From: Bacteroidota bacterium
GTDB taxonomy: Bacteria > Bacteroidota > Bacteroidia > Chitinophagales > Chitinophagaceae
Length of the DNA stretch: 64,000 nt
Assembly: GCA_016712665.1 (NCBI GenBank)
Contig: JADJQP010000011.1
Location: 4,824-68,823, forward strand
Direction: 5' to 3'
Part shown: positions 41,206-53,495 of the stretch, piece by piece
Layout of the letters: the number at the start of each line of letters is the position of its first letter
How positions within the stretch are numbered: the stretch's first letter is position 1
Program-made: the position numbers and the translations under genes
Notes under the pieces: model-generated
The model's database searches: none
What the model was told of the DNA's origin: nothing
Seen by the model: only the letters and a program-made list of their open reading frames with translations

Positions 41206-44200
41206 TTATCGTATCAGATTAATATCTCCTTTTTTAGTATAAATTTTACCATCTGTCAAGCACAGATATTTAAAAATATAGAAGAAGGTATTCATGTTTG
41301 CATCTTTTTGATCCTTGTAGGTTCCATCCCATCCACTTCTGAAATCGTTGGTTGCCCAAGCTCTTACACCCCATCGGTCATACACTTCAAATTGTATCAG
41401 CTCAACGCCTGTGGCAGTGGTAACTCTAAAAATATCATTGACCCCATCACCATTGGGTGAGAAGGCATTCGGAATAAATACTTCATCACAGCAAGGACCC
41501 GGCTCAATGTATACGGTATCTACAATCTTACATCCATTAGCATCCAACACTTCTACAATATAATAACCAAAATACAAATTGGTAGCCCGATCGGTAACTT
41601 GTGGTGGAGTAGTATTCCAAAGATACGTATATGGCGATACTCCACCGATTACATTTGCCTGAGCCCATCCTTCAGCACCTTTACCAAAACAACCTAAATC
41701 TTGTTTGGTTATCAAAATACTGAGTTGATTGGTTGGAGGAGGTACATTGATAATGGTGTCCCATTCACATAATGAAGTGTCTCGTATAGTAATGGTATAA
41801 TTTCCTTCTTCAAACCCATAGAATATTCCGTTTTTGTTTACATGCAATCCAGGTCTGATAAAATATGTGTAACCACCTCTACCACCGGCACCTTTCACAA
41901 AAATTTTGGCATCTTTCGCATCTGCACATGATTCGGGTATTATGGTAAGAGAACCTGCATGCACCGGTTCTGGTTGCGGCAGCAAAAACAATGAGTCCCT
42001 TCTACAACCCATTACATCTGTGATGGTAAGTAAATGATACCCTGCGATAATATTATTGTAATATCCAGTGGGTTGTCCAAAATTATTATTTAGATGAAAG
42101 GTTAATGGAGCTACACCGCCGATCCCTTTAAAGTCGATCATTCCATTGGCATCACCAAAACAGATTGGCTCACGATATGTAATTTCGGTAATAATTATTT
42201 CATCATTTTGCTTCACATCTACAATGGTTGTAAGTGTGCAATTTAATGCGTCGGTAGCGGTAACCGTATACACCCTTGCTGGCAAGTGAGCAAAAAAGCC
42301 CAGTGGCGATTGAATACCCAAAGCTGGAGAAATAGAATACGTGATAGTGCCGGTTCCCCCACTAGCCTGTACAGTAATGGAACCCGTGCTGTCACCATAG
42401 CAAATAACGTCTACATGTGATACAGTAGTAAGTACTATGGCTGGTGGTTCTGTAATTAAAATATTAAGAACCTGCGTGGTACATCCATTTACATCAGTAA
42501 CCGTCACGGTATAATTTCCGGCAAATACATTTTGAAAATCACCGGTATTATTATTTACACCCACCGGAAGTAGGGTGTATACATACGGGATATTCCCACC
42601 GCTGGCACTCACCACTATGGCTCCGGAATTATCCCCATGACAAATTACATTCTGAGTGGAAACCAAAACCGCAGTAAGCGGAAGCGGTTCGGTAATGGTA
42701 GCAACGGAACTGGCACTGCACAAATTGGCATCTGAAACTGATACTGTGTACGTGCCCGGTAGTAATCCTGAAAACTGCCCTGTTAAATTAACTACATTTC
42801 CGGGCTGCAAGGTATAGGTAATAGTACCGGTTCCTCCCACTGCTACTGCATTGATGGAACCATCATTATTTCCGAAACAGGATATGTTTGTTACAATAAA
42901 AGTTCCAAATGAAAGTATGGGCGGATTGACCACAGCTACTATTGTCGTATAGGTGCAATTATTGGCATCTGTTACAGTAATAGTATAATTGCCACCAGCA
43001 AGTGCTAAAAATTGTCCGCTAACATTATTTACATTGGTGGGTTGCAAATTATAACTTAAAATACCGGTTCCTCCTGTACATAAAATGGAAATCGAACCGT
43101 CCTGAGCATTGTTGCAACTCACATTCGCGGCTGTTAGAGAAACCAACGTTATGGCAGGCGGTTGTGTTATGGTTATTATTGAGCTTAAGGTGCAATTATT
43201 TGCATCGGTAATGGTTACTGTGTATGTATTGGGCGACAGACCTGTAAAAGCTCCTGTGAGATTATTAATTCCTAATGGAGCAAGGCTATAAGTCAACACC
43301 CCGGTGCCGCCACTTGCATACACATTAATGGTGCCATTATTGGCCGCATTGCAGGTTATATTTGTATAAAAAGAAGAATCAATAACCAATGCCGGTGGTT
43401 GAAATACAAATACGGCTGTTGAAATAGAACATCCGTTGGCATCGGTTGCAACAATGGTGTAGGTTACATTGCCCAGCAGATTATTGAAGGTAGCCGGCGG
43501 AACAAAATTTGCTGCCGGATTAATGGTATAGCTGATTGCCCCAGTTCAACCAGTAGTCGTTACATCGATAGTGCCATTTTGCGCACCACTACAAAGAGCT
43601 CCATTTGCGACAATGTTTGTGAAAACAAGTTGCGCAGGTTCGGTGATAGTTACCACGGTATTGAGTCCGCAACCATTTGCATCAACAATTTGCACAGTAT
43701 ATGTGCCTGCGATCAAATTCGAAAATACACCGCTAATATTATTGATATTGTTTGGTTGCAATGTATAGGTAATGGTACCGGTACCGCCTGTAGTATTAAT
43801 AGTGATACTTCCATTATTACCGCCATTACATAAAATATTGACTACAGTTGTATTGGTTATTACCGGACCTGCAGACGTAAGAATATTGAATATACTGGTG
43901 CTTGTGCATCCACCTGCGTCTTTAACGGTGGCGGTATAAATACCAGCGCATAAATTATTAAACAAATTGTTGGCCACAAAATTGATTCCATCTAAGCTAT
44001 ATGTATAACCCGGCAAACCACCGATTGCAGTTATGGTGGCTGCAGCATCGCATCCCGGAATGCAAGTAGCTGTAGTGGTAGCAACATTTGTGATAGTTGG
44101 AATATTTGGCGCTACCACTGTATGGACACTGGTAACAGTACAGTTATTGGCATCGATGACAGTGATGGTATAGCTACCGACTCCAACATTGGAGAAGACA

Positions 44201-47200
44201 TTTGACAATTGATTTGCACCACCAATATTGTAACTGTATATTGGTGTTCCGCCATTGGCAGTAATAGTAATCGTGGCATCATTGCCAGGTACACAAGTTG
44301 GTATGGTACTGATCACATTTATGATGGCAAGCGGCGTGGGTTGGCTAATAATTAAGGTAGTGGAAGTGCTGCAAGCATTGGCATCTGTTGCCACAATGGT
44401 ATAGGTACCTGCGATTAGATTTGCAAACAACCCACTCTGATTGGTAATATTGCCCGGTTGTAAATTGTAGCTAATAATGCCAGTTCCTCCAGAAGCAGAC
44501 ACTGTAAGTGTACCGTCATTGCCTCCGTTGCAACTTACATTTGTACTAGCAGTATTTACAAATAATACCGGTGTTGGCTCAGTAATAGTCACCAAGGTAC
44601 TAATACTACAACCATTTGCATCTGTTGCTGTTAAGGTATACACAGCTGCAATCAAATTGAGGAAAAGACCTGTTTGATTATTTACATTTCCCAGCTGCAA
44701 ATTATAGTTGATAATGCCGGTACCACCATTTGCCTGAGCAGTTATACTTCCGTCATTTCCTCCATTACAACTGATATTTATTGGGGTTACAGATGTCCAT
44801 ACAAGTTGTGTGGGTTCCGTAATTTGAATGGTAGTACTTACGGAACAGCTACTTGCATCCACTGCATTGATAGTATATATCCCTGCGGTCAAATTCGTGA
44901 AATTTCCTATCGCGTTGGTAATATTATTCGGAAGCAAGGTATAGGTAATTCCTCCGGCGCCACCGGTGGCAGTAACACTTATGGTACCATCATTTCCACC
45001 ATTGCACGAAACCGGTGTGGCAATGGCATTGGTGAAAACAGGTGCATTGGGTGCAACTACTGCAAACACACTAGTAACCGTGCAATTATTAGCATCTATT
45101 ACCGTAATGGTGTAGGTACCGGCACCAACATTTGGAAATACATTTGAGGCTTGACTAGCCCCACCAATATTATAGCTGTAGGCTGGCGTGCCACCATTTG
45201 CTGTGATGGTAATTGTGGCATCATTTCCCGGTACACAGGTTGGTATGGTACTGCTCACATTTGTGATTGCAAGCGGCGAGGGTTGATTGATTACAACAGT
45301 AGTAGAGGTACTACATCCATTGGCATCTGTGGCCACTATGGTATAGGTAGCTGCTATTAAGTTTATAAAGAGCCCGCTTTGATTTGTAATATTACCGGGT
45401 TGCAAATTGTAACTAATGATGCCGGTTCCTCCTGAAGCTGTCACTGTGAGCGTTCCGTCATTGCCTCCATTACAACTTACATTCGTACTCAGGGTATTCA
45501 CAAAGGTTACAGCAGTTGGTTCCGAAACGGTAACCAAGGTACTGATGCTACAACCATTGGCATCTGTTGCGGTTAACGTATACACTCCAGCTATCAAATT
45601 AGGAAATAGGCCGGTTTGATTAGTTACATTGCCAGGCTGCAAATTATAGTTGATAGTGCCAGTGCCACCACTTGCTAACGCTGTAATGCTTCCGTCATTC
45701 CCTCCATTACAACTGACATTCGTTTGTGCTACCGAAGTCCAAACCAGTTGTGTAGGAGAGGTAACTACCACCAAGGTGCTTACCGAACAGCCATTAGCAT
45801 CCACTGCATTAATGGTATAGGTTGCCGGAGCAAGGTTTGTGAAAATACCTGTTGCATTCGTAATATTAGCAGGTAGAATGGTATAATTGATCAGCCCCAA
45901 TCCACCTGTAGCTGTTACATTGATACTACCATCATTGGCACCAAAGCAATTTACCGGATTCGAAACAACATTGGTGAATATCGGCGCTTGCGAATTAGCC
46001 AAAGTCACTACCAGTATTACTTTGCAGTCGTTTAGGTCGGCTACCAGAATGGTATAGGTACCCGCCGCCAAATTAGTGAATGTATTTCCAAGTTGTGGAG
46101 CACCTCCATTGATGGAGTATTGATACGGAGGTATACCACCGGCAACATTAATGGTAATGCTACCATCATTACCAGGTACACACGATGGGGTCACTGTGGT
46201 ATAATTCACAAGTTGCATGGGGGTTGGCTGCGCAATGGTAACTGCTGTAGAGGCCGTACATCCGTTTGCATCCGTGGCAATTATGGTATAGTTGCCAATG
46301 GCAAGAGAAATAAACAAACCCGTATTGTTGGTGATGCCCAAAGGTTGCAGCGTATAAGATATATTACCGGTTCCACCACTAGCCGTGGCTGTAAGGTTTC
46401 CATCATTTCCATTAAAGCAAAGCACATCATTGACAATCGGCACACCCATTACTAATGCAGTTGGACTGACTACTGAAAAAGCAGTTGATAAAGTGCAACC
46501 ATTTGCATCGGCACCTGTAATAGTGTAATTTCCGGCATTTAGGTTATTGAAGAAGCCTGTCTGATTAGTGATATTAGGAGGCTGAAGGGTATAATTGATT
46601 ATTCCGGTTCCACCTACAATGGAAAGGGTAATTTCGCCGTCTGCACCACCAAAACAAAGGATGTCTGTTACCACCATACTGGCAATTGCCAAGGCATTTG
46701 GCTGCGTTATAGTTACCATCGTACTTACAGAACAATTACTTGCATCGCTAACATTTATGGTATAAACTCCTGCCAGTAAATTTGTAAAGATTCCATTTAG
46801 ATTAGTAATGTTATTGGGCAAAAGGGTATAGGTTAAAGGCGCCATGCCACCGGTAGCGCTAATAGTGATACCACCATTATTATCGCCGTAACATAAAACA
46901 TTACTTGTGCTTACGTTTGTTATCGATGGGGATGAAGGATTGCTCACTACAAAAGCAGAACTAGCAGTACATCCTGTTGCATCCGTAATTGTTATCGTAT
47001 AATTTCCTGCACCAATATTGGTAAACACATTGCTTGGTTGATTGCCCAAGCCGATATTGTAATTATAGGGCATCACCCCACCACTGGCAGTGATAGTGAC
47101 CGTAGCGTCATTTCCGGGCACGCAAGTTGGGACGGTAGAGACAATATTGGAAATTAAAATGGGCGTTGCTTGTGTTAGGGTCACTGAGGTACTAATAGAA

Positions 47201-50200
47201 CAACCATTGGCGTCTACGGCCTGAATAGTATAAACACCTGCAATTAAAGTGGCAAATATGCCTGTAGCATTCGTAACATTATTTGGTAGCAAGGTATAAT
47301 TTACGGTTCCAAATCCACCACTAGTCCCAGCCGTAATACTGCCGTCATTTCCATTATTACAGGTAATATTTGTACTTAATACATTGGCCCAAACCAACAA
47401 TGGAGGCGCAATAATGGTAGTGGTACTTACGGTATTACAACCATTGATGTCTGTCGCCGTAACAGTATACACTCCGGCTATCAAATTGGAAAACAGTCCG
47501 TTATTATTATTAATATTGCCTGGCATCAAGTTATACGTAATCAATCCCAAACCTCCTGTAACCACTGCAGTAATGGTAGCATCATTTCCGCCAAAGCAAT
47601 TAACCGATGTATTAGCCAATGAGGTAAAAATTATTGAGGCAGGTGCTGTTACAATTGCTGTAGCCACGGTAGTACAACCATTGGCGTCACTTACATTTAT
47701 GGTATAATTATTTGGCCCCAGTCCTGTAAATACACCGGTATTATTTACTAGACCGCCGGGCACTAAGGTATAGGTAATAGGTGCTGCGCCACCGTCAATC
47801 ACTACTGTAATACTTCCATCGTTACTGCCATTGCAGGTAGCATTCACGGGTGTTATGTTTGAAACTATTGGAGCACCGGGTGTGCTTAATGAGACTACGT
47901 TTGTTAAGGTACAATTATTGGCGTCCGTAATTGTTATAGTATAAACACCCCCCGCCAAACCGGTAAAAAGGTTTGAAACCTGATTCGGTCCTCCTATATT
48001 ATAATTATAGCCGGGTGTACCACCTGTTACATTAACGGTAATTGTACCGTCATTTCCTGGAATACAGCTTGGCGCTACAGTTACCACGTTCACAAGTGCT
48101 AATGCCGGAGGTGCCAGTACATTAACTGTAGTGGTAATGCTACAGCCGTTTTGATCAGCTGCGATAATGGTGTAAATGCCTGCAGCCAAATTGATAAAAA
48201 TACCGGTATTGTTGGTGACATTTCCCGGCTGAATATTATAATCTTTCGAGCCTGTGCCACCGGTCGCCATTGCATTAATGGTTCCATTAAAGTTTCCAAA
48301 GCATGTTGGACTAACAAAATTAATCGATACCCAAGTCACCTGTGTTGGTTGACTTACTAAAACAGTGGTTGAGGTAGAGCAGCCATTCACATCTTAAACC
48401 GTTATGCTATATGTCCCTGGGACTAAATTATTGAAAAGTCCGGTATTATTTGTGATACCTCCCGGATTGAGTACATAGGTATAAATGCCGGTACCGCCAC
48501 TTGCCGAAGCAGTGACCGTTCCATTGCTACCTCCAAAACAAGTAGGATTTGTGATGACCACATTCGCAAATAATAAAACAGGAGGATCCACCACCACAGC
48601 AATGGAACTACTGCTACATCCGGAAACATCCGTTACGATTACCGTATAGGTACCACCTGCAAGATTGTTAAAAATACCGGTTGCATTGGTTATATTATTT
48701 GGCATTAGAGTATAATTCAGCAAACCTAAGCCACCTAAAGCCACTGCTGTAATACTACCAGTTGTACCTCCATTACATAAAACAGGTGTGGTGGCAATGC
48801 TGGTGAATGTGGGCGCTACCGGCGCAACGATGGTATACGAACTGGTAGCTGTGCACCCATTTGCATCCGTAACAATAACAATATATAATCCAAAATTTAA
48901 TCCGTTAATTACATTATTTGCTTGATTAATAGCTCCAACCTGATAATTGTACGGAGCCGTACCACCGGTAACCGTTATGGTCATACTGGCATCATTGCCT
49001 GGAACGCATGTTGGAGGAACACTGGTAATATTGGTGATTACAACAGGTGAAGGCTGCGTTAAATTAAATGTGATGGTGGTGGTGCAGCCATTTAAATCGG
49101 TGGCGGTTACCACATAAATACCTGTCGCCAGACCGGTAAAAGTACCGGTCAAATTAGTTTGATTGGTTGGTTGTAGATTATACGAAATGGGGGGTGTTCC
49201 ACCCGTTACGGTGGCTTGAATGCTACCAGTATTACCGCCGGCACAACTAACTGAAACAAAGCTGACATTGGTCCAGAACATTACCGGAATCTGTATAATA
49301 TTTACATTTACAGTCACATAGCAACCATTGGCATCGGTAATTGTAACTAAATAGTTGCCTATGGCCAAATTGTTAAAAATGCCCGTATTATTGGTAATAT
49401 TGCCAGGTTGCAAGGTATAACTTAAGGGAGCAATGCCACCACTTGCATACACATGAATGGAACCTGTGTTGCCATTATTACATAGGATGTCCTGATGCAC
49501 CACACTATCAATTATGATTAATACCGGAGCGGTAATTGTTACAATTGTTTGGGTACTACAGTTGTTGATATCGGTTCCAGTGATGGTATAGGTACCCGCA
49601 GGCAAATTAGGAAACACCCCGGTTATATTGTTGACATTTCCGGGTTGCATTACATAATTTATTTGTCCATTGCCGCCAGTTGCAATTACCACTATACTGC
49701 CATTGGCCCCTCCAAAACAATTGACGTTTTGCACAACCACATTGGTAAACTGCGGAGCATTGGGTGTGGTAACATTTACAACACTGCTTGCTGTGCAGTT
49801 ATTGGCATCAGCTACCACGATGGTATAGGTACCTTGACCCACATTGTAAAATATATTTCCCAACTGATTGCCGACTCCAATATTATAATTAATGGGTGGC
49901 TGACCTCCACTGATATTCACCGTAACTTCCCCATTATTACCGGGTACACAGTTTGGAGGAAGTATGCTTACATTGATAATCGTCAATTGAGCAGGACTAA
50001 TTAAATTGACAAGGGTTGTAGTAGTACATCCATTGGCATCTGTAGCGGTTACTGTATAAGCACCCCCATTTAAATTCGGAAAAATTCCTGTATTATTTGT
50101 AATACCGGGGGGATTTAAGTTATAATTGATCGCACCTACCCCACCCGTAACATTGACATTAATGCTCCCATTGGAAGCCCCATTGCAAGTCGGGTTTACA

Positions 50201-52836
50201 AAATTCACTGCGTTCCATACCAAAGCTGATGGCTGCGTAAGTGTGACTGTAGTTGAATTGCTGCAATTATTGGCATCTAAAGCAGTTATGGTATAGGTGG
50301 CGGCACCAAGTCCTGTAAATACTCCTGTATTGTTTAATACTCCTCCCGGCATCAAAAGGTATGAAAAGCCACCGGCACCACCTACCGCACCAACTGTAAT
50401 AGCACCCGTTAAGGCCCCATTACATAATAGTTGCGTCGATTGCACCAGAGGGAAGGTAATTGGAGTGGGCGGCGCAATAATTACTACGGTGGATGCCGAG
50501 CACAAATTAATATCCGTGGCAATGACAGTGTAGGTTCCAGCAGCTAAACCCGAAAAGTTTCCGGTGATGTTAACCGTACCAATCGGATTTAAGGTATAGG
50601 TAATAGTACCGGTGCCACCAGACGCAACCACCGAAATACTTCCATTGACCAATCCAGTACATGCGGGGCTAGTTACTACAACAGTTGGAAAGATAATCGG
50701 AAGCGGTTGCGTAACAGTAATGATAGTGCTTAAGGTACAATTGTTTGCATCCATAGCCGTTACCGTATAAGTTCCTGCCAAAAGGTTCTGGAAAATACCG
50801 GTCACATTAGAAATATTACCTGGATTCAGGGTATACACAAAACTACCATTGCCACCCACTGCAGCAACAGTAATACTACCTGTATTCGCTCCATTGCATA
50901 ATACCGCAGTAGCGGTGGATGTGATAAAATTGATTACCGGTGGTTGCGTGATATTCACAATGGTGGTTATGCTGCAACCATTCAAATCGGTGCAGGTAAT
51001 AGTATAGGTACCAATAAGTAATGCGTTAAAAACTCCTGAGGCATTGTTTACATTCCCAGGCATTAAATTATATTGGTAAGCTGGCGTACCCCCTGTAGCA
51101 CTTGCAGATATACTTCCAGTATTGCCATTGGCGCAAAGTACATCCACATCGGTAACACTTGCCCAACTTAGCAATGATGGATTTGAAATTACAACAATGC
51201 TTGAAGTGCTGCATCCATTGCCATCTACAGCTGTTATGGTATACGAATTTGGGCCCAGTCCGGTAAAAATACCAGTATTATTATTGAGCCCTCCTGGTAA
51301 TAATGTATACGTATATGGTGCAAGTCCTCCACCGGCATTGGCCGTAATAGTACCCGTAGCCCCACCATTGCATAAAACATTTGTTGAAAGCACCGACACC
51401 CAATTGACTGCAGGCGAATTGGGCACCACTACAATAGTAGTGGCTGTACAGTTTTGCGCATCCGTTACGGTAATGGTATAGGATTGTGCACTCAATCCGG
51501 TGAAGGTTCCCGGAGGAGCTTGGTTTGCAAATGGTGTGATGGAATATACTAAGCCCCCATTTCCTCCCGCGGCTGATACAATGATTTGTCCCGAGTTGGG
51601 CAAGGCACAAGTAGTGCCCGTAATAATAGGCGGTGCAATAACAATGGGAGGAGGTTGTGAAATATTCACCACCGTACTTGCTGTGCAACCGGTAGCATCG
51701 GTAACAGTCATGGTATACACCGGTTGATTGAGACCGGTAAATATTCCTGTGGCATTATTGAGTCCGCCCGGATTTAAATTATAATTAATAGCTCCTACAG
51801 CATTGGCAACAGTAGTTGCATTGATACTGCCCAATTGTAAACAAGTAGAATTGGTAATATTGACATTAGTAATACTTAATACTGTGCAGGTACCCGGAAT
51901 GGTAATCGGTACCCTACTCAAGCAACCTGCTATATTACCGGTACAACAAGTAGCGTAAAGGGTGGTACCACCAGGACAAGCTGCACCTGCCGGATCATAC
52001 ACAAACGGCGATCCGGTACCTACTAAACTTCCTGCTACAGGATCATCCCACCAACTGATGACATTGTTATTGCAAAGACCGGTGAGGGTAGCCGTGTAAT
52101 TCAGGTTGTTCCCCACACATGAGCGAACAGGTGCCGTGGCAGTTGGATTTATTGGGGGTGGGGTACATGGATTGGTAGCTATGGTAAATTGAATGGTATG
52201 TGAAAGCAAATCGTTGAAATTCCAGCATCCGGTTTCGCCATCAGACGACCCATTCAAAACAAATGTATAGCTATTATTCAGAATAATACTATTGCAAAAT
52301 TTGATGTCGAACACCAAATTAAAAGCACTATTACAGCTCAGCGATAAATCACCATAATTATTACATGGTAAGCCATCATTTGCCAAAATAGTATTGCAAC
52401 AAGTATTACCGGCAGTATTATCAAAATAGAAGCCGGGGCCACCATTAAAACCGGATCCGGATGGACACATACCCACACAGCCCGGATTATAGGTAATAAA
52501 ACCAGCCGGTATGGCAATGGCACTTACTACAAAACCGGCATTTGCAGGTAAAAACAAGCCATGTAACCACTCGGCATTGGGTACTTGATTCCATCTGATA
52601 TTGGACATGGTAACCCGCACAGTGGAAGAGTCGCACCCATTGTTACAGGTAAACACACCACCATTTACCACTGCGCCACCATTTAGGTTTACAAGTTCAG
52701 CCGTAATAGCAGGAAGCTGTGCACCGGCACAACTGTTAAACCGACCGGTAGCTGTTATGCCCGACACATTTATAAACTGTGCAAAAGCGCCGTTCGATAA
52801 AAGAAATAAAAGGAAAAAATGTAAAATTTTATTCAC
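41206..52836 (-). pseudogene. giant SprB-repeat cell-surface adhesin with T9SS type-B (gliding-motility-associated) C-terminal sorting domain; one frame interrupted by in-frame TAA and TGA
   Basis: ORFs 48394..52836, 43546..48390 and 41206..43389 share one frame. The gene has a GTG start, the signal peptide MNKILHFFLLFLLSNGAFAQ and a ~300-aa Cys-rich head. Roughly 45 units of ~75-80 aa follow (C-x-G-x-x-[DN]-G...GG-x-G...Y...D-A-N-G-C). The C-terminus FSPNGDGVNDIF...WDRWG-like region is a type-B CTD. Confidence 0.9.
43870..45755 (-). repeat. two near-identical ~942-bp tandem super-repeats (multi-unit blocks) inside the adhesin gene
   Basis: Both protein blocks start with TQLVWTSV..., are about 90 percent identical by eye, and are offset by 314 codons. 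The antisense ORFs at 44477 and 45419 are also 942 nt apart. Confidence 0.8.
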
Positions 52837-52843
52837 GCAATTA

Positions 52844-53275
52844 CTATTTTAGTTGTTGAGCGAGCTCTAATAATAAGTCTTTAACGATACCGATTGGGAA
52901 AATGTTTTCGTCATAGGTAGCCACGATGAAGCTGCCTGCATTGATTCGGTTTGAAAGGGGTAGTTGCTCATTCGTAAGAATCCGAAAAAGGGATTTGTAC
53001 TTATGATATATCCGCTCATCTAGGTTTTTTTCTTTGTAAAAAGCCAATGCCTTCTGCTCCAATTCCAAGGGAATTTCATTTTGTGAACTGAACTGATTCC
53101 ACTGAATAAAATGAATTCTCTTTTCGGCATTGTCCATTTTTTCAAAATCATTTGTTGAAATGGCCTTGCTGCTTAGGTCCGTTTGTGCAAACGCAGATTG
53201 TGTGCACAAAATGGTGCAGAATAAAAATAGCAAGCCGAAAAAAAATAGGTTTGTTGAATAGAATTTACTGCTCAT
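52844..53275 (-). CDS. hypothetical small secreted protein, 7 nt upstream of the adhesin start
   Basis: 143 aa with a signal peptide (FFFGLLFLFCTILCTQSAFAQ). I recognise no motifs. Confidence 0.5.
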   Translation of the reverse strand: MSSKFYSTNLFFFGLLFLFCTILCTQSAFAQTDLSSKAISTNDFEKMDNAEKRIHFIQWNQFSSQNEIPLELEQKALAFYKEKNLDERIYHKYKSLFRILTNEQLPLSNRINAGSFIVATYDENIFPIGIVKDLLLELAQQLK

Positions 53276-53495
53276 TATAAAATATTATTACTGAATGAAA
53301 TATTGAAAAGTGCCTGCTGCGTCATTTAACGTCATAAATATAGTATTTTGTCGCAATATTAGTGCCAAATATCTGTCACAGCTTTGTCATAAAAGCATCC
53401 TATTAAAAGTAGTGCGTGTTGAAAAGGTGTTTGTTGAGTTCTGATACTTTCCTACTTTTACCAGCAGGCTTGTATTTCACTTCAACTTTTTACTA

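Noticed and set aside
43571-51727. Plus-strand ORFs inside the adhesin gene (43571, 44477, 44674, 45151, 45416, 46093, 47384, 49549, 50297, 51122, 51500 and others)
   Set aside because: These are antisense shadows of a highly repetitive, compositionally biased coding strand. They repeat with the same 942-bp period and have no independent coding signal.
41206-52836. A CRISPR array or non-coding tandem repeat
   Set aside because: The periodicity is a ~230-bp protein repeat within one open frame, with no short conserved repeats separated by unique spacers.
53313-53470. 8-bp inverted repeat GCCTGCTG/CAGCAGGC flanking the divergent promoter region
   Set aside because: The arms are about 140 bp apart, and a match of this length is expected by chance at appreciable frequency in a 220-bp region.
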